Shown: positions 12,201 to 21,840, counted from the stretch's first letter. The stretch: 64,000 nt of DNA from an uncultured Gemmatimonadales bacterium (GCA_963741945.1 CAVUKA010000003.1:819998-883997); one strand, 5' to 3'. The notes: generated from the sequence alone by a model not told the origin. Translations and numbers: made by a program.

Positions 12201-12761
12201 AACACGGCGAACCTGTCGGAGTACCGGGACAGGAAGGTGGAGCTGGCGTGCGTGGTCACGGCCATCGCGCGCCAGATCTCGAAGCGGAACGGACAGGAGT
12301 GGGGGCGGGTGAGCGTGGAGGACTTCCACGGCACGGCTTCCGTGCTGGCGTTCGGTGAGGCGTGGGAGAAGTACCGGGACGTGCTGCTGCAGGACGCGGC
12401 CGTCATTGTCCGGGGACAGGTCTCGGGCCGCGACCGCGACGAGGACGACCCGCCCATCTTCCTCGATGAGGCGCTGCCGCTCGCCACGGTGCGCGACGCC
12501 GGCTCCGTCGGCATCGAAGTGCGGCTGCGGCGTGGCGCGTCGGCGAACGCCATCGAGGCGGCTACCGTTGCGTTCCGTCGCAGCCCGGGCGACGCTCCGC
12601 TGTACGTCCGCCTGGACGGGAACGGTGGCGGCGGGGACGCCGCGAGGCCGAAGCGCTTCCGCTCCCGGTCGGTTCGGGTGTCGGCATCGCCGGAGCTGGT
12701 GGCGGAGCTGAAGGAGCTGTTCGGTCCGGAGCGGGTCCGACTCGTACGAGCGCAAGGGTGA
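9219..12761 (+). CDS. dnaE: DNA polymerase III alpha subunit
   Basis: PHP FVHLHTHSEFSLLDG, GPGRGSAAGS, SMPDIDIDF, YGFNRSHS and OB fold. Confidence 0.98.
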   Translation: MFVHLHTHSEFSLLDGANRLSDLIRRAQEYEMPAVALTDHGTLYGAWQFRQQATKAGIKPIIGMEAYVAPGARQERSVTRGERPYYHLVLLARDLAGYRNLVRLSSIGFLEGFYHRPRVDRELLERHSEGLLVSSACMAGEVARHLMADRLDAAREAASWYADVFRDRYYLEVQAHDTEGQAGLNEKVFALADELSLPVVATNDAHFLRPEDHDAHDVLLCIGLGKDREDQNRMRYDRGLYFKSGREMAERFPGHPDVLENTLAIADQVSLDLPKQYHVPKFPLPDGISLESELLTALATEGTKKLYGDPLPPHVRERLDYELGVITNPTADYSGYFLITADFINWAKDHGIPVGPGRGSAAGSIVAYAMGITGVDPLEFDLLFERFLNPDRVSMPDIDIDFCYERRGEVIEYVREKYGRDSVGQIITFGTMKSRAVIRDVGRVLGFEPAETDRLAKLIPNAPGNSMTVSEAREKIGELREMARSDDRVRRLLDYAETLEGLARHASVHAAGVVIAPGPLQEYVPVCTQSGGRGAGSNGDEDTIVTQWDMIALEQAGMLKMDFLGLKTLTVIYDAADAVRQNHGELKHPVTGEAYERIEDVPLDDAAVYEMLAHGGTSGVFQFESSLATDKLRAMKCDRFEDLVATNALIRPGPLDSGMTDVFIRRKLGREPVTYPLPQLEEVLEPTYGVITYQEQLMRIAQVLAGFTLAEADVMRKAVGKKDAELIAAQLEKFVSRAEELGVPRAKAREIAEQIETFGRYGFNRSHSVAYALLSYQTAWLKRHYPAEFMAALLSSVVDKTDDVVKYIAECREMTRHIPGREDPIEVLPPDVNESGWKFTAVSDTAIRFGMGACRGVGEGAVREILTARADGAFESLFELVDRLDLRTAGKRTLEALIAAGACDSFGHRAQLMAGLEMAVGEAQLRQAERESGQGSLFDLGAEAAPVREPPKLPDVPKWPESDRLAREKEILGFFISGHPLDKFGDELKLFGSVNTANLSEYRDRKVELACVVTAIARQISKRNGQEWGRVSVEDFHGTASVLAFGEAWEKYRDVLLQDAAVIVRGQVSGRDRDEDDPPIFLDEALPLATVRDAGSVGIEVRLRRGASANAIEAATVAFRRSPGDAPLYVRLDGNGGGGDAARPKRFRSRSVRVSASPELVAELKELFGPERVRLVRAQG

Positions 12762-12764
12762 GGA

Positions 12765-13736
12765 ATGGCCGGTGAACCGCTGGATTTCGAGCGTGACATC
12801 AGGGAGCTGGAAGAGCAGATCGACCGGCTCCAGGGACTGGCCCAGGACCGGGGCCTGGACGCGTCGCACGAGCTCGACACGCTGGAGGCGAAGGTGGAGG
12901 AGCTGAAGAAGGACGCGTACCGTGGGCTCTCGCCCATCGAGCGGGTCCAGCTCGCGCGCCACCCGCAGCGCCCGTTCACGCTGGACTACGTGGAGCGGGT
13001 GTTCACCGAGTTCATGGAGATGCACGGCGACCGCGCCTACCGCGACGACGAGGCCATCGTGGGGGGTTGGGCGAGACTGGACGGGCGAACCGTGATGGTG
13101 ATCGGGCACCAGCGCGGGCGGGACATGAAGGAGAACCTGCGGCGCAACTTCGGCATGCCGCACCCGGAGGGATACCGCAAGGCGCTCCGGCTGATGCACC
13201 AGGCGCAGAAGTTCGGCCATCCGGTGATCACGCTCATCGACACTCCGGGCGCCTACCCGGGGATGGGAGCGGAGGAGCGGGGGCAGGCAGAGGCCATCGC
13301 GCGGAACCTGCGCGAGATGGCCGCGCTGCGTGTGCCGTCCGTCTCGGTCGTGATCGGTGAGGGCGGGAGCGGCGGCGCGCTCGCGCTGGGCGTCACGGAC
13401 CGGATCCTCATGTTCGAGAACGCGATCTACAGCGTGATCACGGCCGAGGGGTGCGCGGCGATCCTGTGGAAGACGTCCGACGCGAAGGAGAAGGCAGCGG
13501 CCGCGCTCAAGATCACGGCGGGGGACCTCCAGCGCCTGAGCGTGGTGGACGAGGTCCTGCCGGAGCCCGGCGCCGGCGCCCACAACGACTGGGACGCGGC
13601 CGCGGATACGCTGCGGGACGCCCTCGTGCGACACGTGGGCGAGCTCGCCGAGCTCGATCCGGACGACCTCCGCGAGCGCCGCTGGGCGAAGTACGACGCG
13701 CTCGGCGAGTGGAAGGAATCCGTCCGCGCCGGCTGA
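12765..13736 (+). CDS. accA: Acetyl-CoA carboxylase carboxyltransferase alpha
   Basis: ARHPQRP, NFGMPHPEGYRKALR, IDTPGAYPG, GEGGSGGAL. Confidence 0.97.
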   Translation: MAGEPLDFERDIRELEEQIDRLQGLAQDRGLDASHELDTLEAKVEELKKDAYRGLSPIERVQLARHPQRPFTLDYVERVFTEFMEMHGDRAYRDDEAIVGGWARLDGRTVMVIGHQRGRDMKENLRRNFGMPHPEGYRKALRLMHQAQKFGHPVITLIDTPGAYPGMGAEERGQAEAIARNLREMAALRVPSVSVVIGEGGSGGALALGVTDRILMFENAIYSVITAEGCAAILWKTSDAKEKAAAALKITAGDLQRLSVVDEVLPEPGAGAHNDWDAAADTLRDALVRHVGELAELDPDDLRERRWAKYDALGEWKESVRAG

Positions 13737-13764
13737 GCCGCCGTCGCCTAGCCATCGAAGCCCC

Positions 13765-14664
13765 ATGCACATCGTCGAAGTCAGCTTCAAGGGAAACCGC
13801 CGGGACTATTTCGCCGCCGATGGCGAGCTGGCCTCCGTGGATTCGCACGTCATCGTGGAAGCGGACCGGGGCGAGGACCTGGGCCGCGTGACCGCGGCCG
13901 GCGCCGTGGCCGAGCGGAAGTGCACCGGGTGCTCCACCGGGTGCGCCGCGCCCACGCCATCGAAGCGCGTGCTCCGGCCCGCTCGCCCGGAGGAGATCGA
14001 GCGCTCCGTCGCGCTGCGGGCTGACGAGCCGCGGGTTCGCCGCACCGTGCGCGAGAAAGTGCAGCGGCACCAGCTGAAGATGAAGGTGAGCGAGGCCGAG
14101 TGGCAGTTCGACCGCAACAAGCTCACGGTCTACTTCACCGCCGATCGGCGGGTCGATTTCCGCGAGCTGGTGAAGGACCTGGCGCGCACGTTCCGGACGC
14201 GGATCGAGCTGAAGCAGATCGGGGTGCGGGACGAGGCGGCGCTCCTGGGCGGCGTCGGGCGCTGCGGCCGCGAGCTCTGCTGCTCCACCTGGCTGCGGGA
14301 GCTCAAGCCGGTGAGCCTGCAGCTGGCCAAGGACCAGCGCCTGTCGCTCAACCCGGCGCAGATCTCCGGCTGCTGCGGTCGGCTCATGTGCTGCCTCACC
14401 TACGAGCACGCGGCCTACGTGGAGGCCAGGAAGCGCTTCCCGCGCGAAGGGAAATGGCTCTCCACCGCCCGCGGCCGGGAGCGTGTCATCGCCGTGGACA
14501 TCTGGAGAGAGCGGGTCGTGCTCAAGGACGAGGAAGGGGAGCGCCGCACGCTGGAGCTGGCGGCGCTGAAGTCGGAGGTGGACGCGGGCTCGCGTCTGTC
14601 GGCGAAGCGGGAGCGCAGCCGCGGCGAGGCGGGGACGAACGGGAACGAGGGTGGTGAGGGGTGA
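13765..14664 (+). CDS. ricT: RicT/YaaT PSP1-domain Fe-S regulatory protein
   Basis: RVDFRELVKDLA, CGRELCC, ISGCCGRLMCCL. Confidence 0.88.
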   Translation: MHIVEVSFKGNRRDYFAADGELASVDSHVIVEADRGEDLGRVTAAGAVAERKCTGCSTGCAAPTPSKRVLRPARPEEIERSVALRADEPRVRRTVREKVQRHQLKMKVSEAEWQFDRNKLTVYFTADRRVDFRELVKDLARTFRTRIELKQIGVRDEAALLGGVGRCGRELCCSTWLRELKPVSLQLAKDQRLSLNPAQISGCCGRLMCCLTYEHAAYVEARKRFPREGKWLSTARGRERVIAVDIWRERVVLKDEEGERRTLELAALKSEVDAGSRLSAKRERSRGEAGTNGNEGGEG

Positions 14665-16223
14665 ACCCGAAGCGCTACAAGTACATAACGACGGCCATCG
14701 ACTACGCCAACGGCGCGCCGCACCTGGGCCACGCGCTGGAGAAGATCGGCGCTGACGCCATGGCACGGTACCGCCGGCTGAAGGGCGAGGTCGTGCACTA
14801 CGTCATCGGCATGGACGAGCACGGCCTCAAGGTGTTCCAGAGCGCCGAGGAGCGCGGGATCACGCCACAGGAGTGGGTGGACGAGCTGGCCGCCCAGTTC
14901 CAGGCCGCGTGGGAGCGGCTGCACATCAGCAACGACGACTTCATCCGCACCACGCAGGCGCGACACCGCCGCGCCGCGCAGGAGATGGTCCGCCGCATCG
15001 AGGCCGCCGGCGACCTCTACACCGACACGTACGCCGGCTACTACTGCGTGGGGTGCGAAGCGTACAAGACGGAGGACGAGCTGGAGTGGCGGGACCCCGA
15101 GTCGCCGCTGCCGAGGAGCGAGCCGCGCGCCGATCGGGCGCACGCGCTGCGCTGTCCGCTCCACCCGCGCCGGGAGCTGGAGTGGATGGAGGAGGAGAAC
15201 TGGTTCTTCCGCCTCTCCCGTTACCAGGACCGCCTGCTCGACCTGCTGGACGAGCGTCCCGAGTTCGTCCAGCCGGAGACCCGCCGCAACGAGGTCCGGC
15301 GCGTCATCGAGGGCGGCCTCGAGGACATCTCCGTCTCCCGCGCCCGCCTCCGCTGGGGCGTGCCGTGGCCGGACGACCCGGAGCACGTGGTCTACGTCTG
15401 GCTGGAGGCGCTCAGCAACTACCTGTCCGCCACCGGCTTCCCCGACGAGGACTACACCCGCTACTGGCCCGCCGACTTCCACGTCATCGGCAAGGACATC
15501 ACCCGCTTCCACTGCATCTACTGGCCCGCGTTCCTCATGAGCGCCGGCCTGTCGCTCCCACGCACCGTCTGGGCACACGGCTTCATCAATTACGGCGGCG
15601 GCAAGATGTCGAAGTCGGAGGGCGTGAGCATCACCCTCGACGCCGCCATCGAGCGCCACGGCCCCGACGCCCTCCGCTATTACCTGCTCCACGACATCCC
15701 CTGGACCGGCGATGGCGACTTCTCCCTCGACCGCTTCGACGATGTCTACACCGCCGAGCTCGCCAACGACCTCGGCAACCTGGCCAGCCGCAGCCTCTCC
15801 ATGATCGAGCGCTACCGCGACGGCGTGGTCCCGCACGGCGGCAAGACGGACCTGGACGAGCGCATCCCGGACGTGCTCGTCCGCTACCGCGCCGCCATGG
15901 ATGGCAACCTCCTCCACCAGGGGATCGGCGCCGCCATGGAGCTCGCCGACGCGGCCAACGGCTTCGTCGAGACCCGCGCGCCCTGGAGCCAGGCGAAGGA
16001 TCCGTCGCAGGCGACGGAGCTCGATGCCACCCTCGCCGCCCTCGCCCGCGCCCTCGCCGCCCTCGCCACCATGCTCGAGCCCTTCCTCCCCGAGCGCATG
16101 CGCGTCCTCGCCGCCGCGCTCGGCCTCGAGCGGATCCCCGGCCTCGACGACATCGCCCGCCTCGACCTCGAAGGGCACAATGTCGCGCGAGGCGAGATCC
16201 TGTTCCCCCGTACCGAGCGGTAG
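14661..16223 (+). CDS. metG: Methionine-tRNA ligase (short form)
   Basis: YITTAIDYANGAPHLGH, GMDEHG, IGKDITRFH, KMSKS. Confidence 0.96.
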   Translation: MNPKRYKYITTAIDYANGAPHLGHALEKIGADAMARYRRLKGEVVHYVIGMDEHGLKVFQSAEERGITPQEWVDELAAQFQAAWERLHISNDDFIRTTQARHRRAAQEMVRRIEAAGDLYTDTYAGYYCVGCEAYKTEDELEWRDPESPLPRSEPRADRAHALRCPLHPRRELEWMEEENWFFRLSRYQDRLLDLLDERPEFVQPETRRNEVRRVIEGGLEDISVSRARLRWGVPWPDDPEHVVYVWLEALSNYLSATGFPDEDYTRYWPADFHVIGKDITRFHCIYWPAFLMSAGLSLPRTVWAHGFINYGGGKMSKSEGVSITLDAAIERHGPDALRYYLLHDIPWTGDGDFSLDRFDDVYTAELANDLGNLASRSLSMIERYRDGVVPHGGKTDLDERIPDVLVRYRAAMDGNLLHQGIGAAMELADAANGFVETRAPWSQAKDPSQATELDATLAALARALAALATMLEPFLPERMRVLAAALGLERIPGLDDIARLDLEGHNVARGEILFPRTER

Positions 16224-16257
16224 CTGTGGGGAAATCCCCCAAACCTCGCGGCGCGCC

Positions 16258-16287
16258 TTGACGACGCGCCGCGGGTGGGGATATCCT
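16258..16287 (+). promoter_or_regulatory. Putative sigma70 promoter for M23 peptidase gene
   Basis: TTGACG-18 nt-TATCCT, 55 nt before the ATG. Confidence 0.45.
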
Positions 16288-16342
16288 TGCCCGGTTCCAC
16301 TCAGGAAATCATCCAGAACGCTTCCCCGAACCCAGGATCTCC

Positions 16343-17284
16343 ATGGCACGGCGCCATTGGACACTCATGGTCGTTCCGGACGACCAGTCCTGTGTGCGGC
16401 AGTACCGGCTGTCGAGCCGGTCGCTGCGTACCGCCCTGCTGGTGACGGCCGGCGCGCTGATCCTCCTCGTGAGTCTCGCGGCCGGCTTTTTCGTCGAAGA
16501 AGGGCAGCGGAACGAAGCGGAGCGGCTGGAGCGGACGAACGCGCTGCTGCAGAGCCAGCTGGAGACGATCCGGTCGGACATGTCGGTGCTGCAGAACTCG
16601 CTCGCGGAGCTTTCGGCGAAGGACGAGCGCTACCGGCTGCTGGCGAACCTCGACCCGCTGGACGAGGACGTGAAGAAGGCCGGTGTCGGCGGCCCGGGCA
16701 CGCGCACGGTGGAGGAAATGCCGCTCTGGCACGTGGACCGCATCCTGGCCCGTGAAGCGTTCGGTGCGAGCGCGGACGTGCGCTCGCTGGTCCGCCGCGC
16801 GCGTGTGCTGGTGGCGAGCTGGGACGAGGCGACGGAGTCGATGGAGACGCAGGTGGACGCGTGGGAGCGCACCCCGTCGATCATGCCCACGACCGGATAC
16901 GAGACCAGCGGCTTCAGCTACAGCCGGCTTCATCCGATCCTGAACGTGCGGAGGCCGCACAAGGGGATCGACATCGTGGCCAAGCGCGGGACCCCGGTGG
17001 TGGCTGCCGCGAAGGGGACGGTCGCGTTCGCCGGGGACACGCACGGCGAGTACGGCTGGATGGTGGAGATCGACCACGGGAACGGGATGAGCACGCGCTA
17101 CGCTCACCTGGCGAAGGGGAGTGTGCTGGTGGAGCCCGGGCAGCTGGTGGAGCGGTGGCAGAAGCTGGCCGAAGTGGGGAGCACCGGCATGGTGACAGCG
17201 CCGAGCACGCACTATGAAGTGCTCGTACGCGGGCGGCCCGTGGACCCCGACAAGTTCGTCATCGGGGACGTACTCCGCTTCTGA
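16343..17284 (+). CDS. M23 family metallopeptidase with TM and coiled coil
   Basis: HKGID, TRYAHL, GSTG..TAPSTHYEV. Confidence 0.9.
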   Translation: MARRHWTLMVVPDDQSCVRQYRLSSRSLRTALLVTAGALILLVSLAAGFFVEEGQRNEAERLERTNALLQSQLETIRSDMSVLQNSLAELSAKDERYRLLANLDPLDEDVKKAGVGGPGTRTVEEMPLWHVDRILAREAFGASADVRSLVRRARVLVASWDEATESMETQVDAWERTPSIMPTTGYETSGFSYSRLHPILNVRRPHKGIDIVAKRGTPVVAAAKGTVAFAGDTHGEYGWMVEIDHGNGMSTRYAHLAKGSVLVEPGQLVERWQKLAEVGSTGMVTAPSTHYEVLVRGRPVDPDKFVIGDVLRF

Positions 17285-17448
17285 CCGCGATCCGCGCGGG
17301 GGCGCTGGCAGACGCGCGAGCCCTGCCTGCCTCGGCGCCGGCCCTGCCGGAGGCGGGGGGCCAGACCGTGGGCGCCATGGCTTGATGGACCCCGCGGGCG
17401 CCTGTACTTTGTTGTCCTTCCAGCGATCCATCTTTCCGAGAGAGACAG

Positions 17449-18234
17449 ATGAAACGAGTGGTCCTGATCCTGGCGGCCGCGGTATTCGCGGCGAGCACTG
17501 CGGCCTGTGGCGGTGGGAACGTTACCGTGCTGGCGCAGCTCCAGGGCGCGTCCACCGGGGCCGAGACGGCCGAGCCGGTGGCACTGGGGAGCCTCCCCGT
17601 CCGCCTGCTGCCGTACGATCGTGACGCGATCTTCGACTCACTGAAGGCGGCGTACCCGGAGCCGGAGCCGGAAGTGCCGGACAGCATCCTCGATCTCCAG
17701 AACCGGGTGGTCACGCAGCAGCGGGAGTGGCAGCAGGCCAACAACCGGTGGCTGACGCTGCGGGACAGTCTGAAGACGCTGTCGGACAAGATGGCGCGAA
17801 TGGACAAGAGCTCCGGCCAGTATTTTGCCATGTTCCGCGACTTCAACGACCTGGACGACCAGGTCAACCAGTTGGAGCGGCGATCGAACCAGGCGTTCCA
17901 GGAGTTCACCACCGCGCAGAACCGGCTGAGCGAGCAGGCGCGCGAGATCCGGCTGGCGAAGCAGGCATGGTCGGACGAGGCGTACGCGCCCATCGATTCG
18001 ATCATCCAGGCGAAGCTGGAGGCGATGGGGTTGGAAGAGCGCGCGGACACGACCAATGCCCAGGGGATGGCCTATTTCAAGGGCGTTCCCACGCGGAAGT
18101 GGTGGGTCACGGCGCGCTACGAGCGGCAGTTCGATGAGCTCTACTGGAACGTCCCGGTCGACGTCCAGGGCGGCAAGGAGCCGACGCAGGTCCGTCTCAC
18201 CGAGGAGAACGCCGAGGTGCGACAGAAGCTCTGA
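17449..18234 (+). CDS. Hypothetical lipoprotein with coiled coil
   Basis: MKRVVLIL signal, lipobox TAAC, purine-rich RBS. Confidence 0.75.
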   Translation: MKRVVLILAAAVFAASTAACGGGNVTVLAQLQGASTGAETAEPVALGSLPVRLLPYDRDAIFDSLKAAYPEPEPEVPDSILDLQNRVVTQQREWQQANNRWLTLRDSLKTLSDKMARMDKSSGQYFAMFRDFNDLDDQVNQLERRSNQAFQEFTTAQNRLSEQAREIRLAKQAWSDEAYAPIDSIIQAKLEAMGLEERADTTNAQGMAYFKGVPTRKWWVTARYERQFDELYWNVPVDVQGGKEPTQVRLTEENAEVRQKL

Positions 18235-18257
18235 CCGGGCCTGAACCGTGAGGTAGA

Positions 18258-20417
18258 GTGCCTGAAGCCACGCGCACAAAGACCCAGGCGGTGCTGACGC
18301 TGGAGATTCCCGGCGACGGCACCGCCTGGCTCGTTTTCGACGATCCTGGCAGGAAGGTCAACATCCTTTCCACGCCCGTCATGGAGCGGCTGGACGCACT
18401 GCTGGACGAGGTGAAGCGGGGTGCGGCGGCAGGCGAAGTCCGGGCGCTGGTGGTGCGGAGCGGGAAGGACGGCAGCTTCATCGCCGGGGCGGACATCGAC
18501 GAGATCGTCGACATCACGGACCCGGTGGAAGGGCGGGCAAAGGCAGCGCAGGGGCAGGGCGTGTTCCAGCGTCTCGCCAGCCTCTCCATCCCCACGGTGG
18601 CGGCCGTGGACGGCACATGCGTGGGTGGCGGCACGGAGCTGATCCTTGCCTGCGACGTCCGGCTCGCCAGCGACCGAGCGGAAACCAGGATCGGGCTGCC
18701 GGAGACCCGCCTGGGGATCCTCCCCGGCTTCGGCGGCACCACGCGCCTCCCCCGCCTGGTGGGGCTGGCGGCCGCCGCGGACATCATCCTGGCGGGAAAG
18801 TCCGTGGACGCGCGCAAGGCGCAGAAGATCGGGCTCATCGAGGAGCGCATGCACGCGGGCGTGCTCTACGACCGCGCCCGCGAAGTGGCGCTGGGCATGG
18901 CCGATGGTGGTGCTGCGCCCTCCCGGTCGAAGCCGCCGCTGCAGATGCGGCTCATGGAAGCCACGGCGCCGGGCCGGGAGCTCATCCTGAGGCAGGCCCG
19001 CAAGCAGGTCATGAAGCAGACCCGGGGGCACTACCCCGCCCCGCTCCGGGCCATCGACGTGATGCGCCGCTCCGCCGGCGCTCCCATCGGCAAGGCGCTC
19101 GCGCTGGAAGCGCAGGCGCTGGGCGAGCTCGTCGCCACACCGGAGTGCAAGAACCTGATCCGCGTCTTCCGGCTCATGGAAGGCGCGAAGAGAGCCGCGC
19201 CCGACGCGCGGCCCCGGAGCGTGGACCGGGCCGCAGTGCTCGGCGCGGGCGTGATGGGCGGCGGCATCGCGCAGCTCCTGGCCTACCACGAGATCCCCGT
19301 CCGGCTCAAGGACATCGATCGGGAGGCCCTTTCCACGGGCCTGCGCCACGCCCGCAGCATGTTCGACAAGCTGACCAGGCGGCGGAAGCTCCGGACGCGG
19401 GAGGCACGGGACCGGATGGGCACCATCGCCCCGTCGCTCGACTACACCGGCTTCGGTGCGGTGAACCTGGTGATCGAGGCCGTGGTCGAGCGGATGGACG
19501 TGAAGAAGGCGGTCCTGAGCGAGACGGAGGGGAAGGTCCGCCCCGGGACGGTGCTGGCGAGCAACACGTCGTCGCTCTCCATCACGGAAATGGCTTCCGC
19601 CCTCGAGCGCCCCGGCGACTTCGCCGGGATGCACTTCTTCAATCCGGTGGAGAAGATGCCGCTGGTGGAAGTCATTCGCGGCGAAGCGACCTCTGACGAT
19701 GCCGCGGCCACCGTGTTCGCGCTCGCGCTGCGCCTGGGCAAGACGCCCGTGCTGGTGCGCGACGGCCCGGGGTTCCTGGTGAACCGGATCCTCACGCCCT
19801 ACCTCAATGAGGCCGGGTACCTGCTCGGGGAGGGGGCGTCCATCGCACAGGTCGATGAGGCGCTGGTGGACTTCGGCATGCCCATGGGCCCGCTCCGGCT
19901 GCTGGACGAAGTGGGCCTCGACATCGCCAGCCACGCAGGGGACACCATGCACGAGGCCTTCGGCGAGCGGTTCGCGCCGGCCCCGGTGCTCCAGGCGCTC
20001 GAGGGGACGGACCGGCTCGGGCGCAAGAACGCGTGCGGCTTCTACACGTACGAGGATGGGAAGGCCACGCACCCGGATCCCGGCATGTACCAGGCTTTCG
20101 GCGCGGTGCCCCCCGGCGGACGGGCCGCCCCTCCACCGGCCACGATCGTCGATCGCACGATCCTCCCCATGATCAACGAGGCCGCCCGCATCCTCGACGA
20201 GGGGATCGCCCGCTCCGCCGACGACGTGGACCTCGCCATGATCACGGGCACCGGCTTCCCGCCGTTCCGGGGCGGCCTGCTGCGCTATGCCGACGAGCGG
20301 GGCCTGGACGGGATCGTCGCGCGGCTAAGGGAGCTGGCCGCCCGGTTCGGCGCGCGCTACGAGCCCGCGCCGCTCCTGGTCCGGAAGGCCGAAGCCGGCG
20401 AGAGGTTCGTCGTCTGA
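18258..20417 (+). CDS. fadJ: Fatty acid oxidation multifunctional enzyme (enoyl-CoA hydratase / 3-hydroxyacyl-CoA dehydrogenase), FadJ-like
   Basis: FIAGADI, GLPETRLGILPGFGGT, VLGAGVMGGGIA, GMHFFNPV. Confidence 0.92.
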   Translation: MPEATRTKTQAVLTLEIPGDGTAWLVFDDPGRKVNILSTPVMERLDALLDEVKRGAAAGEVRALVVRSGKDGSFIAGADIDEIVDITDPVEGRAKAAQGQGVFQRLASLSIPTVAAVDGTCVGGGTELILACDVRLASDRAETRIGLPETRLGILPGFGGTTRLPRLVGLAAAADIILAGKSVDARKAQKIGLIEERMHAGVLYDRAREVALGMADGGAAPSRSKPPLQMRLMEATAPGRELILRQARKQVMKQTRGHYPAPLRAIDVMRRSAGAPIGKALALEAQALGELVATPECKNLIRVFRLMEGAKRAAPDARPRSVDRAAVLGAGVMGGGIAQLLAYHEIPVRLKDIDREALSTGLRHARSMFDKLTRRRKLRTREARDRMGTIAPSLDYTGFGAVNLVIEAVVERMDVKKAVLSETEGKVRPGTVLASNTSSLSITEMASALERPGDFAGMHFFNPVEKMPLVEVIRGEATSDDAAATVFALALRLGKTPVLVRDGPGFLVNRILTPYLNEAGYLLGEGASIAQVDEALVDFGMPMGPLRLLDEVGLDIASHAGDTMHEAFGERFAPAPVLQALEGTDRLGRKNACGFYTYEDGKATHPDPGMYQAFGAVPPGGRAAPPPATIVDRTILPMINEAARILDEGIARSADDVDLAMITGTGFPPFRGGLLRYADERGLDGIVARLRELAARFGARYEPAPLLVRKAEAGERFVV

Positions 20418-20962
20418 CCGATCTGCCGCTCCCCCGCCCGGTCGAGATCCACTACCTGCGCCCGCCCGACCGCGCGCAGCTGTTCTCCCAGACCCTCGTC
20501 CACGAAGGCGACGCCCTGGTCACGTACCTCCCCGCCGCGGGCGTGTCCCGGCCCACCGTGGTGAACGGGCAGACCGTGCTGGAGGCGGCGTCGCCCGTGG
20601 TCTGGCTCACGTTCCCCGGTCGGGCCCACGACATCGGCCGGTTCCACACCCCTGACGGCCGCTTCACCGGCTACTACGCCAACATCCTCACGCCGGTCGC
20701 AGTGGAGCGGCGGGCGGCCGGCGACGTATGGCGCACCACCGACCTGTTCCTCGACGTTTTCCTGACCCCCGGCGGCGAGGCGTTCGTGCTGGACCGTGAC
20801 GAGCTGGAGGAGGCCATCGCCGCCGGCTGGGTGGACGCGGAAACGGCGAGACGCGCCGAGCGCGAAGCCGCGACGCTGGTGCGGTCGGCCCGGGAGGGGA
20901 GCTGGCCGCCGGCCGTGGCGCGGGAGTGGACGCTGGAGCGGGCGAGGCGGGCGGCGCAGTGA
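20414..20962 (+). CDS. DUF402 domain protein
   Basis: HDIGRFH, GYYANILTP, TDLFLDV, LDRDELEEA; best start is a CTG overlapping the upstream TGA. Confidence 0.75.
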   Translation: MTDLPLPRPVEIHYLRPPDRAQLFSQTLVHEGDALVTYLPAAGVSRPTVVNGQTVLEAASPVVWLTFPGRAHDIGRFHTPDGRFTGYYANILTPVAVERRAAGDVWRTTDLFLDVFLTPGGEAFVLDRDELEEAIAAGWVDAETARRAEREAATLVRSAREGSWPPAVAREWTLERARRAAQ

Positions 20963-21083
20963 GCCCGAGCGGCTTCCGGATCCAGGGGCAGACGCCAAGC
21001 ACGGTCCGGAAAAGGGGATCGGCCATCGTCGCACGGTGTAACGAAGCCGATCAGGAACCCGACGGAGTGGAGACGACACGACG

Positions 21084-21797
21084 ATGATGGGACGGAAGCT
21101 GACCGGCCTGCTGGCGCTCGGCGCCGCACTGGGCCTATTCGTACCGGCCACCCTGGTGGCGCAGTCCGAGGCGGGGGCGGCGGGTGCCGAGAGCGCGCTG
21201 ATCGAGCGGGCGCTGGCCAGCCGCACGGCGGGGCCCGACAGCGCCGCCGTGGTGGTGTTCGAGATCGCCGACTTCCAGTGTCCGTACTGCGCCCAGTTCG
21301 CTACCACCGTGGGCCCGCAGGTGATGGACCGGTACGTCCGCAGCGGGAACGTGCAGTGGGTGTTCGTGAACATGCCCCTGCACAGCCATCCGCTGGCCTG
21401 GGGCGCGGCTGAAGCGGCGCTCTGCACCGGCGCGGCCGGGGGCGATTTCTGGGCCATGCACGACCGGCTCTACGGCCAGCAGCGCGCCTGGACGAACCTG
21501 GACGACCCGTCGGATCAGTTCGCCCGCATGGCCACCGATGCTGGCGCGTCACCGGGCGCCTACGCCACCTGCGTCGCACGCGACCAGGTGGCCTCCCTCA
21601 TCCTGCAGGACTTCGGCTCGGCCGTGAGCGCGGGGATCAACGGCACGCCCACGTTCGTGATCACCCACAAGCAGCAGGTGCTGGACCAGATGGTGGGCGT
21701 CCAGACGATCAAGACCTGGACGAACGTCCTCGACCTCGCGCTCCAGGGGAAGTCCGCCCAGCGCCCCGCCGCCGACTCCGCTGGATCCGGGGGCTGA
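21084..21797 (+). CDS. DsbA/thioredoxin-domain protein
   Basis: Signal peptide, ADFQCPYC, GINGTPTF. Confidence 0.9.
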   Translation: MMGRKLTGLLALGAALGLFVPATLVAQSEAGAAGAESALIERALASRTAGPDSAAVVVFEIADFQCPYCAQFATTVGPQVMDRYVRSGNVQWVFVNMPLHSHPLAWGAAEAALCTGAAGGDFWAMHDRLYGQQRAWTNLDDPSDQFARMATDAGASPGAYATCVARDQVASLILQDFGSAVSAGINGTPTFVITHKQQVLDQMVGVQTIKTWTNVLDLALQGKSAQRPAADSAGSGG

Positions 21798-21840
21798 GCC
21801 GGCTCCGGGGGCTGAACCGGCTCCGGGCGGCTGAACCGGG
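21786..21840. repeat. Three imperfect 18-bp tandem units between convergent genes
   Basis: TCCGGGGGCTGARCCGGC at 21786, 21804 and 21822. Confidence 0.65.

Noticed and set aside
9219-12761. Possible intein in DnaE (also considered for GyrA)
   Set aside because: Lengths are normal and no intein splice or LAGLIDADG motifs are visible.
9345-13790. 1481-aa minus-strand ORF and similar long antisense ORFs throughout the window
   Set aside because: Shadow frames of genuine high-GC genes (dnaE/accA, typA, metG, fadJ, gyrA, topoisomerase); no recognisable motifs.
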